A stretch of DNA of 64,000 bases from Betaproteobacteria bacterium (GTDB taxonomy: Bacteria; Pseudomonadota; Gammaproteobacteria; Burkholderiales; Burkholderiaceae_E), in contig JAYUOT010000001.1 in NCBI GenBank assembly GCA_043760705.1, positions 53,231 to 117,230 on the forward strand, given 5' to 3'. Every line of letters starts with the position of its first letter. Position 1 is the first letter of the stretch. The notes beneath the pieces were generated by a model, which was not told where the DNA came from, searched no databases, and worked only from the letters and a program-made list of their open reading frames with translations. Below, piece by piece: positions 25,562 through 33,965 of the stretch. The position numbers were made by a program, and so were the translations under genes.

Positions 25562-26380
25562 ATGACTCAACACTCTCAACCTACCCTTAGTGCGGCACCA
25601 GACGGCATGATTTTGTACGGGCAGCACTTTGCCAGTCGTTTGCTGCTGGGCACCTCACGCTATCCCTCACCGGCCGTGTTGTTGAAAGCCATTGAACGGT
25701 CGCGCCCCGCCATGCTGACAGCTTCCTTACGACGTCAGTCGGCGCAGGGTGATGCCTCACAGAGCTTTTGGAATCTACTCAAGGAGTCCAAGGTACCCGT
25801 GCTGCCTAACACGGCTGGCTGCCATAGTATTCAAGAAGTGATCACCACCGCCGAAATGGCGCGCGAAGTCTTTGAAACCGACTGGATCAAGCTCGAGCTG
25901 ATCGGTGACGATTACAGTTTGCAGCCGGATATTCTTAATTTGCCTGAGGCCGCTGCTCTTCTGATCAAGGCCGGCTTCAAGGTCTTGCCCTATGCGACCG
26001 ACGATCTGGTGCTGTGTCGTCGCCTGGTCGATGTGGGTTGTCAAGCGGTCATGCCCTGGGCGGCTCCGATTGGCACGGGTAAAGGCCCGATCAATCCCTA
26101 TGCGCTACGCATGTTGCGTGAGCGTTTGGAAGTTCCGCTCATCGTGGACGCCGGTCTTGGATTGCCCTCGCACGCTTGCCAGGTGATGGAGTGGGGCTAC
26201 GATGCGGTCTTGCTCAATACGGCCGTGGCCCTGGCCCAAGACCCGGTCGCGATGGCGGGGGCTTTTGCCGACGCAGTCCAGGCCGGCCATGCTGCGTTTC
26301 GTGCGGGTGCCATGCAGGCCCAGGAAAGCGCTCAACCCAGTACGCCTGTGATGGGCACTCCTTTTTGGCATCAGTCATGA
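25562..26380 (+). CDS. thiG: Thiazole synthase
   Basis: VLPNTAGC, IKLELIGD, VMPWAAPIGTGKG and PLIVDAGLG motifs. Confidence 0.92.
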   Translation: MTQHSQPTLSAAPDGMILYGQHFASRLLLGTSRYPSPAVLLKAIERSRPAMLTASLRRQSAQGDASQSFWNLLKESKVPVLPNTAGCHSIQEVITTAEMAREVFETDWIKLELIGDDYSLQPDILNLPEAAALLIKAGFKVLPYATDDLVLCRRLVDVGCQAVMPWAAPIGTGKGPINPYALRMLRERLEVPLIVDAGLGLPSHACQVMEWGYDAVLLNTAVALAQDPVAMAGAFADAVQAGHAAFRAGAMQAQESAQPSTPVMGTPFWHQS

Positions 26381-27309
26381 AAGACCCAAATCAAATGAAC
26401 CCCTTAGACAGCTCGCAAGACCTTGCCGAAGCGATCGCTCGAACCCATGTGTCGATGCTGGCTGGGGATGCCAGGCCTTACGCGGATGCGGTTCAAGCGC
26501 AGGACCGGGGCCTGTCGCCTCAGGCGGCTGGCGTTGTGCAAGGCGCTCGCATGCTTGGCTTCGTCGAGCATGATGCTCAGTGTTTGAGTCAGGCCTGGCA
26601 GGCTCAGACGCTTAGAACCGGACAGTTCTCACTGCCAGCATGGCCGGACCATCCGCAAGACTTTGGAATGGTCCCCTGGCCGAGAAATAATGGCTTTCCG
26701 AGTTGTCCAACAGGCCTCGGGTTGTACGCCGTGCTGCCCGATGCCCAGTGGGTGGCGCGCATGGCGCAAGCGGGTGTGCCGACGCTGCAATTGCGGTTTA
26801 AGTCTGACGACCCTGAAGCTGTGAAGCGCGAGGTGCGTGCAGCCGTCAAGGCGGTACAGGGCACTCAGTCTTTACTTTTCATTAACGATCATTGGCAAAT
26901 CGCGATGGACGAGGGAGCCTACGGTGTACATCTCGGGCAGGAAGATATGGAGATCGCCCCCATCGAGACTCTTCGTGCTTCGGGCCTGCGCTTGGGCTTG
27001 AGCACCCATGGCTATGTCGAGATGTTGCGGGCCGAAGCGCATGGCCCCAGCTACCTGGCCCTCGGCGCGGTGTTCCCAACCACCTTGAAGCGCATGCAAA
27101 CGGCACCGCAAGGCACGGGCCGCCTAGCCGCCTATGCCAAGCTGTTGGCCGGCCGATCCCTGGTGGCCATAGGCGGCATTGATTTGGATCGGGTGCCGCT
27201 GGTGATGAAGTGCGGCGTCGGGTCCATTGCGGTGGTGCGTGCGATTACGGGAGCGAGCGATCCGGAAAAGAGTGCGGCGCAACTGACCGAATTAATGACA
27301 AGAGTTTAG
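26377..27309 (+). CDS. thiE: Thiamine-phosphate synthase with an N-terminal extension of about 100 aa
   Basis: The ATGA overlaps the thiG stop. The ThiE domain runs from about LGLYAVLPD (LQLRFKS, INDHWQIA, GVHLGQED, YLALGAVFPT, VAIGGI). Confidence 0.85.
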   Translation: MKDPNQMNPLDSSQDLAEAIARTHVSMLAGDARPYADAVQAQDRGLSPQAAGVVQGARMLGFVEHDAQCLSQAWQAQTLRTGQFSLPAWPDHPQDFGMVPWPRNNGFPSCPTGLGLYAVLPDAQWVARMAQAGVPTLQLRFKSDDPEAVKREVRAAVKAVQGTQSLLFINDHWQIAMDEGAYGVHLGQEDMEIAPIETLRASGLRLGLSTHGYVEMLRAEAHGPSYLALGAVFPTTLKRMQTAPQGTGRLAAYAKLLAGRSLVAIGGIDLDRVPLVMKCGVGSIAVVRAITGASDPEKSAAQLTELMTRV

Positions 27310-28565
27310 TCGTACTTCCTGGCGTCCTCAATGACTCTGCCGTCATTGGCTAATCCGCCAGGAGCGGTCCAGCGGACTTCTCCGCGTAGTTTGGTGACAT
27401 CGCGAATAGTATGGGTCACTTTCTCGGCAAGAGTGTCGGCCGCCGCGCCGCCCACCATGGCTTCAGCACTTTCGCAGTGAAGGGTCATCGCATCATTGGC
27501 CATCTCGCCCGAGACCACCAGTCTTGCCTTGCTGATTTGCGGATGGCGCTTGATGATCTCTGCGATTTGACCGGGATGCACAAACATGCCGCGCACCTTG
27601 GTGGTTTGATCGGCACGTCCCATCCAGCCCTTGATGCGAACATTGGTGCGACCGCAAGGCGAGGCGCCTGCCAGCACGGCGGAAAGATCGCCGGTGCCAA
27701 AACGAATCATGGGATAAGTCAGGTTGAAATTGGTAATTACTATCTCGCCCACTTCACCGTCCGGCACCGGATCGCCCGTGCCGGGGCGAACAATTTCGAG
27801 AATGCAATCCTCGTCGAGAATCATGCCCTCAACCGCCTCGGACTCGTAGGCCACCATGCCCAGTTCGGCCGTGCCGTACCACTGCAATACCGTCGGCACG
27901 CCATTGTCTTTGAACCAGGTTCGTAGGCTCGGCGGCAGGGCTTCAGCCGCACATAGGGCGCGCTTGAGTTGGCTAATGTCGAGTTGAAGCTCTTGCGCCT
28001 TTTCGATGATGATGCGCAGAAACGAAGGTGTGCCAACATAGGCATCCGGCTTCAGCGCTCGCACCACATCAATCTGCTGCTCAGTCTGGCCACTGCCTGC
28101 GGCGATGATGGAGCAACCCAGCTTTCTCGCGCCGGAGTCGACCATCCATGCACCCGGTGTCATGTGATAAGCAAAACAGTTCTGGAGAATATGCCCCTTG
28201 CGGATGCCCGCCGCGTGAAGCGCGCGAGCGGTGCGCCAAGGATCATCGCCCGTGGCCTCGGGCTCGAAGATCGGCCCAGGTGACATAAAGAGGCGAGCTA
28301 CGGCACCGGGCGATTCAGTATTAAGGCCGCCGAAAGGGGGCAGGGCTTCTTGCATTGCCTTAAGTTCGGGCTTGCGCAGCACGGGCAATTGAGCCAGAGC
28401 CTTGCGACTATTAATGTCCTGAGGCTTGATCGCAGCGAGCATCTTGCCCCAGGCAGGCGACTTGATTTGTGCATGGGCAATGTATTTGGGCAGTGCGTTA
28501 AACAGCTCGCCTTCGCGTTGTTCTGGTGTGCGGACTTCCTTGTCGTCGTAATACTGGCTCATCAA
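27306..28565 (-). CDS. Phenylacetate-CoA ligase (PaaK) family adenylating enzyme
   Basis: About 420 aa with a PaaK-like layout (YGTAELG, FGTGDLS, GRADQTTKVRGMFVHP). Confidence 0.8.
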   Translation of the reverse strand: MMSQYYDDKEVRTPEQREGELFNALPKYIAHAQIKSPAWGKMLAAIKPQDINSRKALAQLPVLRKPELKAMQEALPPFGGLNTESPGAVARLFMSPGPIFEPEATGDDPWRTARALHAAGIRKGHILQNCFAYHMTPGAWMVDSGARKLGCSIIAAGSGQTEQQIDVVRALKPDAYVGTPSFLRIIIEKAQELQLDISQLKRALCAAEALPPSLRTWFKDNGVPTVLQWYGTAELGMVAYESEAVEGMILDEDCILEIVRPGTGDPVPDGEVGEIVITNFNLTYPMIRFGTGDLSAVLAGASPCGRTNVRIKGWMGRADQTTKVRGMFVHPGQIAEIIKRHPQISKARLVVSGEMANDAMTLHCESAEAMVGGAAADTLAEKVTHTIRDVTKLRGEVRWTAPGGLANDGRVIEDARKYD

Positions 28566-28573
28566 AACTTCCT

Positions 28574-29377
28574 TTACAGCCAGCGCTTGCGACGGCGATA
28601 TGACTTCACGTCGGCGAAGGACTTGCGGCCTTCCTGTGCAACGCCGAGATAGAACTCTTTGACGTCCTCGTTCTCGGCGAGATCTTTGGCCGCTCCGTCC
28701 ATCACGATACGACCGTTCTCAAGGATGTAGCCGTAATCGGAGTTCCGTAGGGCGACATTTGTGTTTTGCTCGGCGAGCAAGAAGCTCACATTCTCTTTTT
28801 GGTTGAGGTCGCGTACGATCTCGAAAATTTCGGCAACGATCTGTGGGGCCAGGCCCATCGAAGGCTCATCCAGAAGGATCATTTTCGGGTTGGCCATGAG
28901 CGCGCGACCGACAGCGGTCATTTGCTGTTCGCCACCCGAGGTATAGCCCGACTGAGAAGTGCGACGGGTTTTAAGTCTAGGAAAATAGTGATAGACCTTA
29001 TCGAGGGCGACCGCTGTGTCGGCACGATTAAGCTTTCGCGTATAGGCACCCGTCAGCAGGTTTTCTTCGACGGTGAGGTGGCCGAAACAGTGACGACCTT
29101 CCATCACCTGGATGACGCCCCGATTGACCAGATCGGCCGGCGTGAGGCGCTCGATGGCCTCACCTTTGTAGGAGATCGTGCCCTTGGTGACTTCGCCGCG
29201 CTCGCCTTTGAGAAGGTTCGAGACCGCTCGCAAGGTCGTGGTCTTGCCCGCACCGTTCGCGCCAAGAAGGGACACAATCTTGCCCTCTTCGACAGTAAGA
29301 GACACGCCCTTGAGCACGAGGATCACGTGGTTATAAATAACCTCGATGCCGTTGACAGATAAAAGTGCTGTGGCCAT
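28574..29377 (-). CDS. Branched-chain-amino-acid-type ABC transporter ATP-binding protein (LivF-like)
   Basis: Walker A GANGAGKTT, signature SGGEQQ and Walker B LLDEPS. Confidence 0.9.
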   Translation of the reverse strand: MATALLSVNGIEVIYNHVILVLKGVSLTVEEGKIVSLLGANGAGKTTTLRAVSNLLKGERGEVTKGTISYKGEAIERLTPADLVNRGVIQVMEGRHCFGHLTVEENLLTGAYTRKLNRADTAVALDKVYHYFPRLKTRRTSQSGYTSGGEQQMTAVGRALMANPKMILLDEPSMGLAPQIVAEIFEIVRDLNQKENVSFLLAEQNTNVALRNSDYGYILENGRIVMDGAAKDLAENEDVKEFYLGVAQEGRKSFADVKSYRRRKRWL

Positions 29378-29453
29378 GAGAGCTTTGCTAGTAACAGGGT
29401 TTTACAGTAGGTTTTCGGAGATGCTTGAGTTCGCGGATGCTTGAAATAGTCCA

Positions 29454-29483
29454 GATAGAGATCCTCGACAGAAGATCTCTATC
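29454..29483. other. Perfect 10-bp stem-loop in the intercistronic region
   Basis: gatagagatc (29454-29463), 10-nt loop, gatctctatc (29474-29483). A second imperfect hairpin spans 29488-29520. Confidence 0.6.
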
Positions 29484-29560
29484 AAGACCTTGAGAGCCCG
29501 CCAACGGCGAGCGCTCAAGGAGTCATTGATTAAATTTCAATCAATGAAACGTGGGCCAGA

Positions 29561-30901
29561 TTAGCCCGCATCCTTAGCGCAATCACGCATTTCGATTTTC
29601 TTCTCGGCGGCGTACTTCTTGGCATAGCTGTCGACCATCGGCTTGATGATTTGCATGTCGGCAGCGATGGTCTCCGAAGTGTAGTTCCACTTCTTGCCAT
29701 CCCAGGTATGAACACGGGCTGAGTTGGCGCCCATATGGTCCGCACAGGAGGTGGACAATGGGGTCATCTGACCTTCGAAGCCCAGGGCCTTGATCCGTGC
29801 ACCATCGATGGCCAGGTTTTCGAATCCCCAGCGCACTTGCTCGCCGGTCAATGGCTTCTTGCCATATTTGGACTGCGCACGTGTTACCGCCTCAACCGTC
29901 CAGGCCGCAGCGATCATGCCGCGGTTGTACAGTACGGAGCCGACTTCTTCCTTGGGACCGGTGCCTTGGTTCTTGTCATGCAAGAGCTTGAGCACGTCCT
30001 GATGGACCTTGCTCATGCCTTGGCCAGCCATGAAGTTCAAGCCGTTGTAGCCCTTGGCACCGTCGCCCACGGGAGTGACATCGGGCTCAGCCGCCGACCA
30101 CCACACGCCATACATCTTCTCGCGTGGATAGCCCGTGGCCACAGCTTCTTTCAGCGCCGTAGAATTCATCACACCCCAGCCCCACAGGAACACGTAGTCG
30201 GGCTTACTTTGGCGTACTTGTAACCAAGCTGCCTTTTGCTCAACCCCAGGATGGGTGACGGCGATGAGCTGGAGCTCGAAGCCGTTTAACTTGGCTCGCT
30301 CTTGCAACAGCGGGATAGGCTCTTTGCCGAAAGGCGAATCATGATAAATCAGAGCGATCTTCTTGCCCTTGAGTTTATCCAGGCCGCCTTCTTTATTGCC
30401 AACGTGCTGAACCAGGATGTCCGCCGCCGTCCAGTAAGAACCCCCAAGGATAAAGTTCCATTTGAAAATACGTCCTTCCATCGATTCACTGCGGCCATAA
30501 CCGCCGGTGATCAAGGGAATTTTGTCGCCGGGAACTTTGTCGGTGAGAGCAAAGGTGATGCCGGTTGAGAGTGGATGGAATGCAGTGGCGCCGGTGGGGC
30601 CTTTGCCTTTCAAACGCTCATAGCACTCAACACCCTTGTCGGTCGCGTAGCCAGTCTCGCATTCTTCGTAAGTGATTTTGACCCCGCCGATGCCACCGTC
30701 ACGAGCGTTGATCATCTTGAGATAGTCAACATAGCCGTTCGCGAAAGGCACACCATTCGGTGCGTAAGCGCCGGTGCGATACACCAGCACAGGGAAGAAC
30801 TGCTCCTTCGCTTGCGCAAAGGCGGGTACTTGCGGTACCAGCGCTGCGGCCAAGCCTGCTGCCAAGGCAGCGGCAGCCATCTTCATTTTGGAAATTTTCA
30901 T
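29561..30901 (-). CDS. Liv-type (HAAT family) periplasmic substrate-binding protein
   Basis: Signal peptide ending AFAQA, about 445 aa, and a position within the liv-like operon. Confidence 0.85.
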   Translation of the reverse strand: MKISKMKMAAAALAAGLAAALVPQVPAFAQAKEQFFPVLVYRTGAYAPNGVPFANGYVDYLKMINARDGGIGGVKITYEECETGYATDKGVECYERLKGKGPTGATAFHPLSTGITFALTDKVPGDKIPLITGGYGRSESMEGRIFKWNFILGGSYWTAADILVQHVGNKEGGLDKLKGKKIALIYHDSPFGKEPIPLLQERAKLNGFELQLIAVTHPGVEQKAAWLQVRQSKPDYVFLWGWGVMNSTALKEAVATGYPREKMYGVWWSAAEPDVTPVGDGAKGYNGLNFMAGQGMSKVHQDVLKLLHDKNQGTGPKEEVGSVLYNRGMIAAAWTVEAVTRAQSKYGKKPLTGEQVRWGFENLAIDGARIKALGFEGQMTPLSTSCADHMGANSARVHTWDGKKWNYTSETIAADMQIIKPMVDSYAKKYAAEKKIEMRDCAKDAG

Positions 30902-30967
30902 ACCTTGTCTCCTATTAACCGTAGCAAGTGCTACTACAACCGAATTAAACCAACAACTTTTGCTGCC

Positions 30968-32032
30968 TTAGTGAGGGAAAGGCCACAGACGCAGCTTTTC
31001 CTTCCCAATCGACCAGAGCCTCGCCAGACCGTGAGGTTCAACGATCAGGAAGAACACGATCAGCGCACCGAAAATCATGAATTCGAGATGAGTAACCGCG
31101 GCTGTGGATAGCGGTATACCCAGCCAGGCAGGCAACTGATTCAGCAGGATCGGCAAGAGCACAATAAACGCCGCGCCAAAGAAGCTACCCATGATCGAAC
31201 CGAGACCTCCGATAATGATCATAAACAGTAAATTCAAAGATCGGTTGACGTCAAAGGCGGCCGGCTCCCAGGAACCGAGATGAATAAAGCCCCAAAGCGC
31301 ACCGGCGACTCCGATAAAAAACGAGCTGACGGCGAATGCGCTGAGCTTGGCTTGCAGCGGACGAATGCCGATCACGGCCGCGGCAACGTCCATGTCGCGC
31401 ATGGCCATCCAGGAGCGACCGATGTGACCACGGACTAGATTCTTGGCGAGTAGAGCGAAAACGACCACAAAGAGAAGGACGAACCAATACTTTTGAACGG
31501 GAGAGACCACCGGCAGCCCGAATACTTCCAGGGATGGTACGGATACGGAACCTGAGGCCGAATCGTTGGTGAGCCATTTCACCCGTGAGAAGATCCAGTC
31601 CGAGAAGAACTGTGCGGCTAAGGTCGCCACCGATAGGTAGAGACCTTTGATGCGCAGACTGGGAATGCCGAAGAGTAACCCGACGGCCATCGTGACTAGG
31701 CCTGCCAGGATAAATGCGACGACCAGGTTCAAGCCCGGAATGCGCACGAACAGGTTATAGGCGGCGTAGGCGCCAACTGCCATGAAGGCGCCTGCACCAA
31801 GGGAGATTTGTCCGCAATAACCGACCAGGAGGTTTAAGCCGATCGCGGCCAAAGCGAGGATCAGGAAGGGAATGAGCAGCGCTCTGAACACATAGTCAGA
31901 GGTGAAGAGAGGGACTGCAAAAAAGGCGAAGGCGACCAGGGCAAGAATCACCCAGCGGTCTTGCAGAATCGGAAAGATCTGTTGATCTTTGCGGTACGAG
32001 GTCTTGAATTGACCATTTTCTCTGTAAAACAT
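30968..32032 (-). CDS. HAAT-family ABC permease (LivM-like)
   Basis: Polytopic membrane protein; LLVGYCGQISLGAGAFMAVGAY is typical of LivM. Confidence 0.85.
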   Translation of the reverse strand: MFYRENGQFKTSYRKDQQIFPILQDRWVILALVAFAFFAVPLFTSDYVFRALLIPFLILALAAIGLNLLVGYCGQISLGAGAFMAVGAYAAYNLFVRIPGLNLVVAFILAGLVTMAVGLLFGIPSLRIKGLYLSVATLAAQFFSDWIFSRVKWLTNDSASGSVSVPSLEVFGLPVVSPVQKYWFVLLFVVVFALLAKNLVRGHIGRSWMAMRDMDVAAAVIGIRPLQAKLSAFAVSSFFIGVAGALWGFIHLGSWEPAAFDVNRSLNLLFMIIIGGLGSIMGSFFGAAFIVLLPILLNQLPAWLGIPLSTAAVTHLEFMIFGALIVFFLIVEPHGLARLWSIGKEKLRLWPFPH

Positions 32033-32103
32033 CGTGTGGGGTCTCTAATCTTTTTCTGGCTAAATATTGCGGATACTAGTGAATAGGCGGGGGTGCCTGA
32101 GCC

Positions 32104-33033
32104 TCAAACTCGGTCAATGATTTTTTCACCGAACAAACCTTGCGGACGGACTAGCAAGAAGCCCAGAGCCAAAACATAAGCAAACCAGTTTTCGATGCCG
32201 CCACCGATGACCGGGCCAAGATAGACTTCGGCCACTTTTTCCCCAAGTCCGATAATCAGGCCGCCGATGATCGCGCCCGGCACTGAGGTAAAGCCGCCCA
32301 AAATCACGACCGGCAGGGCTTTAAGGGCCAGCACTTGCAATGAGAACTGAACACCTAGCTTACTACCCCAGACCATGCCGGCGACCAGTGCAACGAAGCC
32401 CGCCACGGTCCAGACAATGACCCAGATTTTGTTCAGAGGAATACCAATCGATTGAGCGGCTTGATGATCGTCGGCAACCGCCCGCAGTGCTCGACCGGTC
32501 GAGGTCTTCTGGAAGAATAGGGCCAGGACCACCACGAGAATGGTGGCGATGACGGTGGCAACGAGATCGTCCCGGTTGAGCAAAATTCCGCCCTGAAAAG
32601 TGTTCTCAAACATCAACAGGGGATCTTTCGAGATGCCCAGATCAATTTTGTAAATATTGGAGCCCCAGATGGACTGACCAAATCCGTCGAGGAAATAGGT
32701 GATCCCGAGCGTCGCCATGAGCAGCACAATCGGTTCCTGATTGACGAGCTTGCGCAGGACCAAGCGCTCAATCACCCAGGCCAGGGCCCACATGATGATC
32801 GATGCCAATATAAAAGCGAGGACGGTGGCCACAAACTGGTTGCTGAAACCGAACCATTTCGGCAGCCACTCCGCCAAGCGCGCCATGGCCAAGGCCGCAA
32901 ACAACACCATACCGCCCTGAGCAAAGTTGAACACGCCAGAGGCTTTGAAGATCAGCACAATACCGAGAGCGACCAAGGAGTACAACACTCCCGCCATGAG
33001 GCCCCCAAGGACCACTTCTAGAAAAAATCCCAT
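32104..33033 (-). CDS. HAAT-family ABC permease (LivH-like)
   Basis: LVALGIVLIFKASGVFNFAQGGM is typical of LivH. Confidence 0.85.
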   Translation of the reverse strand: MGFFLEVVLGGLMAGVLYSLVALGIVLIFKASGVFNFAQGGMVLFAALAMARLAEWLPKWFGFSNQFVATVLAFILASIIMWALAWVIERLVLRKLVNQEPIVLLMATLGITYFLDGFGQSIWGSNIYKIDLGISKDPLLMFENTFQGGILLNRDDLVATVIATILVVVLALFFQKTSTGRALRAVADDHQAAQSIGIPLNKIWVIVWTVAGFVALVAGMVWGSKLGVQFSLQVLALKALPVVILGGFTSVPGAIIGGLIIGLGEKVAEVYLGPVIGGGIENWFAYVLALGFLLVRPQGLFGEKIIDRV

Positions 33034-33062
33034 AGCTTCGTTTTACCTATTCGCTGCTGTTC

Positions 33063-33845
33063 TTAGTGAGCCACGCCAAGATAGGCGCTGATCACATCTT
33101 GGTTATTGCGTACTTCATGTGGCGTGCCATCGCCAATCTTTTTACCGTAGTCCAGGACCACGACCCGGTCTGAGATGTCCATCACCACACCCATGTCGTG
33201 CTCGATCAGGACGATCGTCGTGCCGAACTCATCATTGACATCCATGACGAAGCGACACATGTCCTGCTTTTCTTCCATGTTCATACCGGCCATGGGCTCA
33301 TCGAGCAGCAAGAGGCTGGGCTCCATGGCGAGCGAGCGGCCCAGGTCGACGCGTTTTTGGAGGCCATAGGGCAACTGGCCTACCGGAGTTTTGCGGAAGC
33401 TTTGGATCTCGAGAAAATCAATGATGTGCTCGACGTATTCGCGGTGGGCGATTTCTTCGCGCTCGGCGGGACCGATTCTGAACATTTGGGCCAGCACGCC
33501 GGTCTTCATCTTGAGGTTGCGGCCGGTCATGATGTTATCCAGGACGCTCATGCCCTTGAACAGCGCCAGGTTCTGGAAGGTGCGAGCCACACCCATCTCG
33601 GCGACTTGGCGCGAATTCATCTTGTCAAAGTTCTGGCCGCGAAACACAATGCGCCCCTGCTGGGGTGTGTATACCCCGTTAATCACATTGAGCATCGAAC
33701 TCTTACCCGCACCGTTGGGACCAATGATGGCGCGAATCTCGTGCTCGCGCACGTCGAACGAAATATCCGTGAGGGCTTTGACGCCGCCAAAGGAGAGCGA
33801 AATGTTCTCCAGGCTGAGGACGACGTCACCAATTTTTCGAGTCAT
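33063..33845 (-). CDS. HAAT-family ABC ATP-binding protein (LivG-like)
   Basis: Walker A GPNGAGKSS, Q-loop, signature-like LPYGLQK and Walker B LLLDEPMAG. Confidence 0.9.
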   Translation of the reverse strand: MTRKIGDVVLSLENISLSFGGVKALTDISFDVREHEIRAIIGPNGAGKSSMLNVINGVYTPQQGRIVFRGQNFDKMNSRQVAEMGVARTFQNLALFKGMSVLDNIMTGRNLKMKTGVLAQMFRIGPAEREEIAHREYVEHIIDFLEIQSFRKTPVGQLPYGLQKRVDLGRSLAMEPSLLLLDEPMAGMNMEEKQDMCRFVMDVNDEFGTTIVLIEHDMGVVMDISDRVVVLDYGKKIGDGTPHEVRNNQDVISAYLGVAH

Positions 33846-33965
33846 TGTGTCTTACCTAAATCCTTGGAAGGCTGATTGACGAGGCTTCATTACGGGTTTG
33901 TATGTTGTGCGAGTGATTTTTGAACGGGCGTCTCTTGGGAGCTTACGAGTTGCTGGTAGCGTTCA

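Noticed and set aside
26176-26376. ORF-track 5' extension of thiE overlapping thiG
   Set aside because: It is out of frame within thiG coding sequence with a Gly/Arg/Cys/Pro-rich composition. The ATGA coupling at 26377 gives the sensible start.
28766-29362. 198-aa antisense ORF in the livF-like gene. Similar antisense ORFs are 33198-33875 and 33391-33879 in livG, 10587-11219 in the crotonase and 22488-23021 in the SDR.
   Set aside because: The opposite strand encodes proteins with clear Walker, SDR or crotonase motifs. Long antisense ORFs are expected at this GC content.
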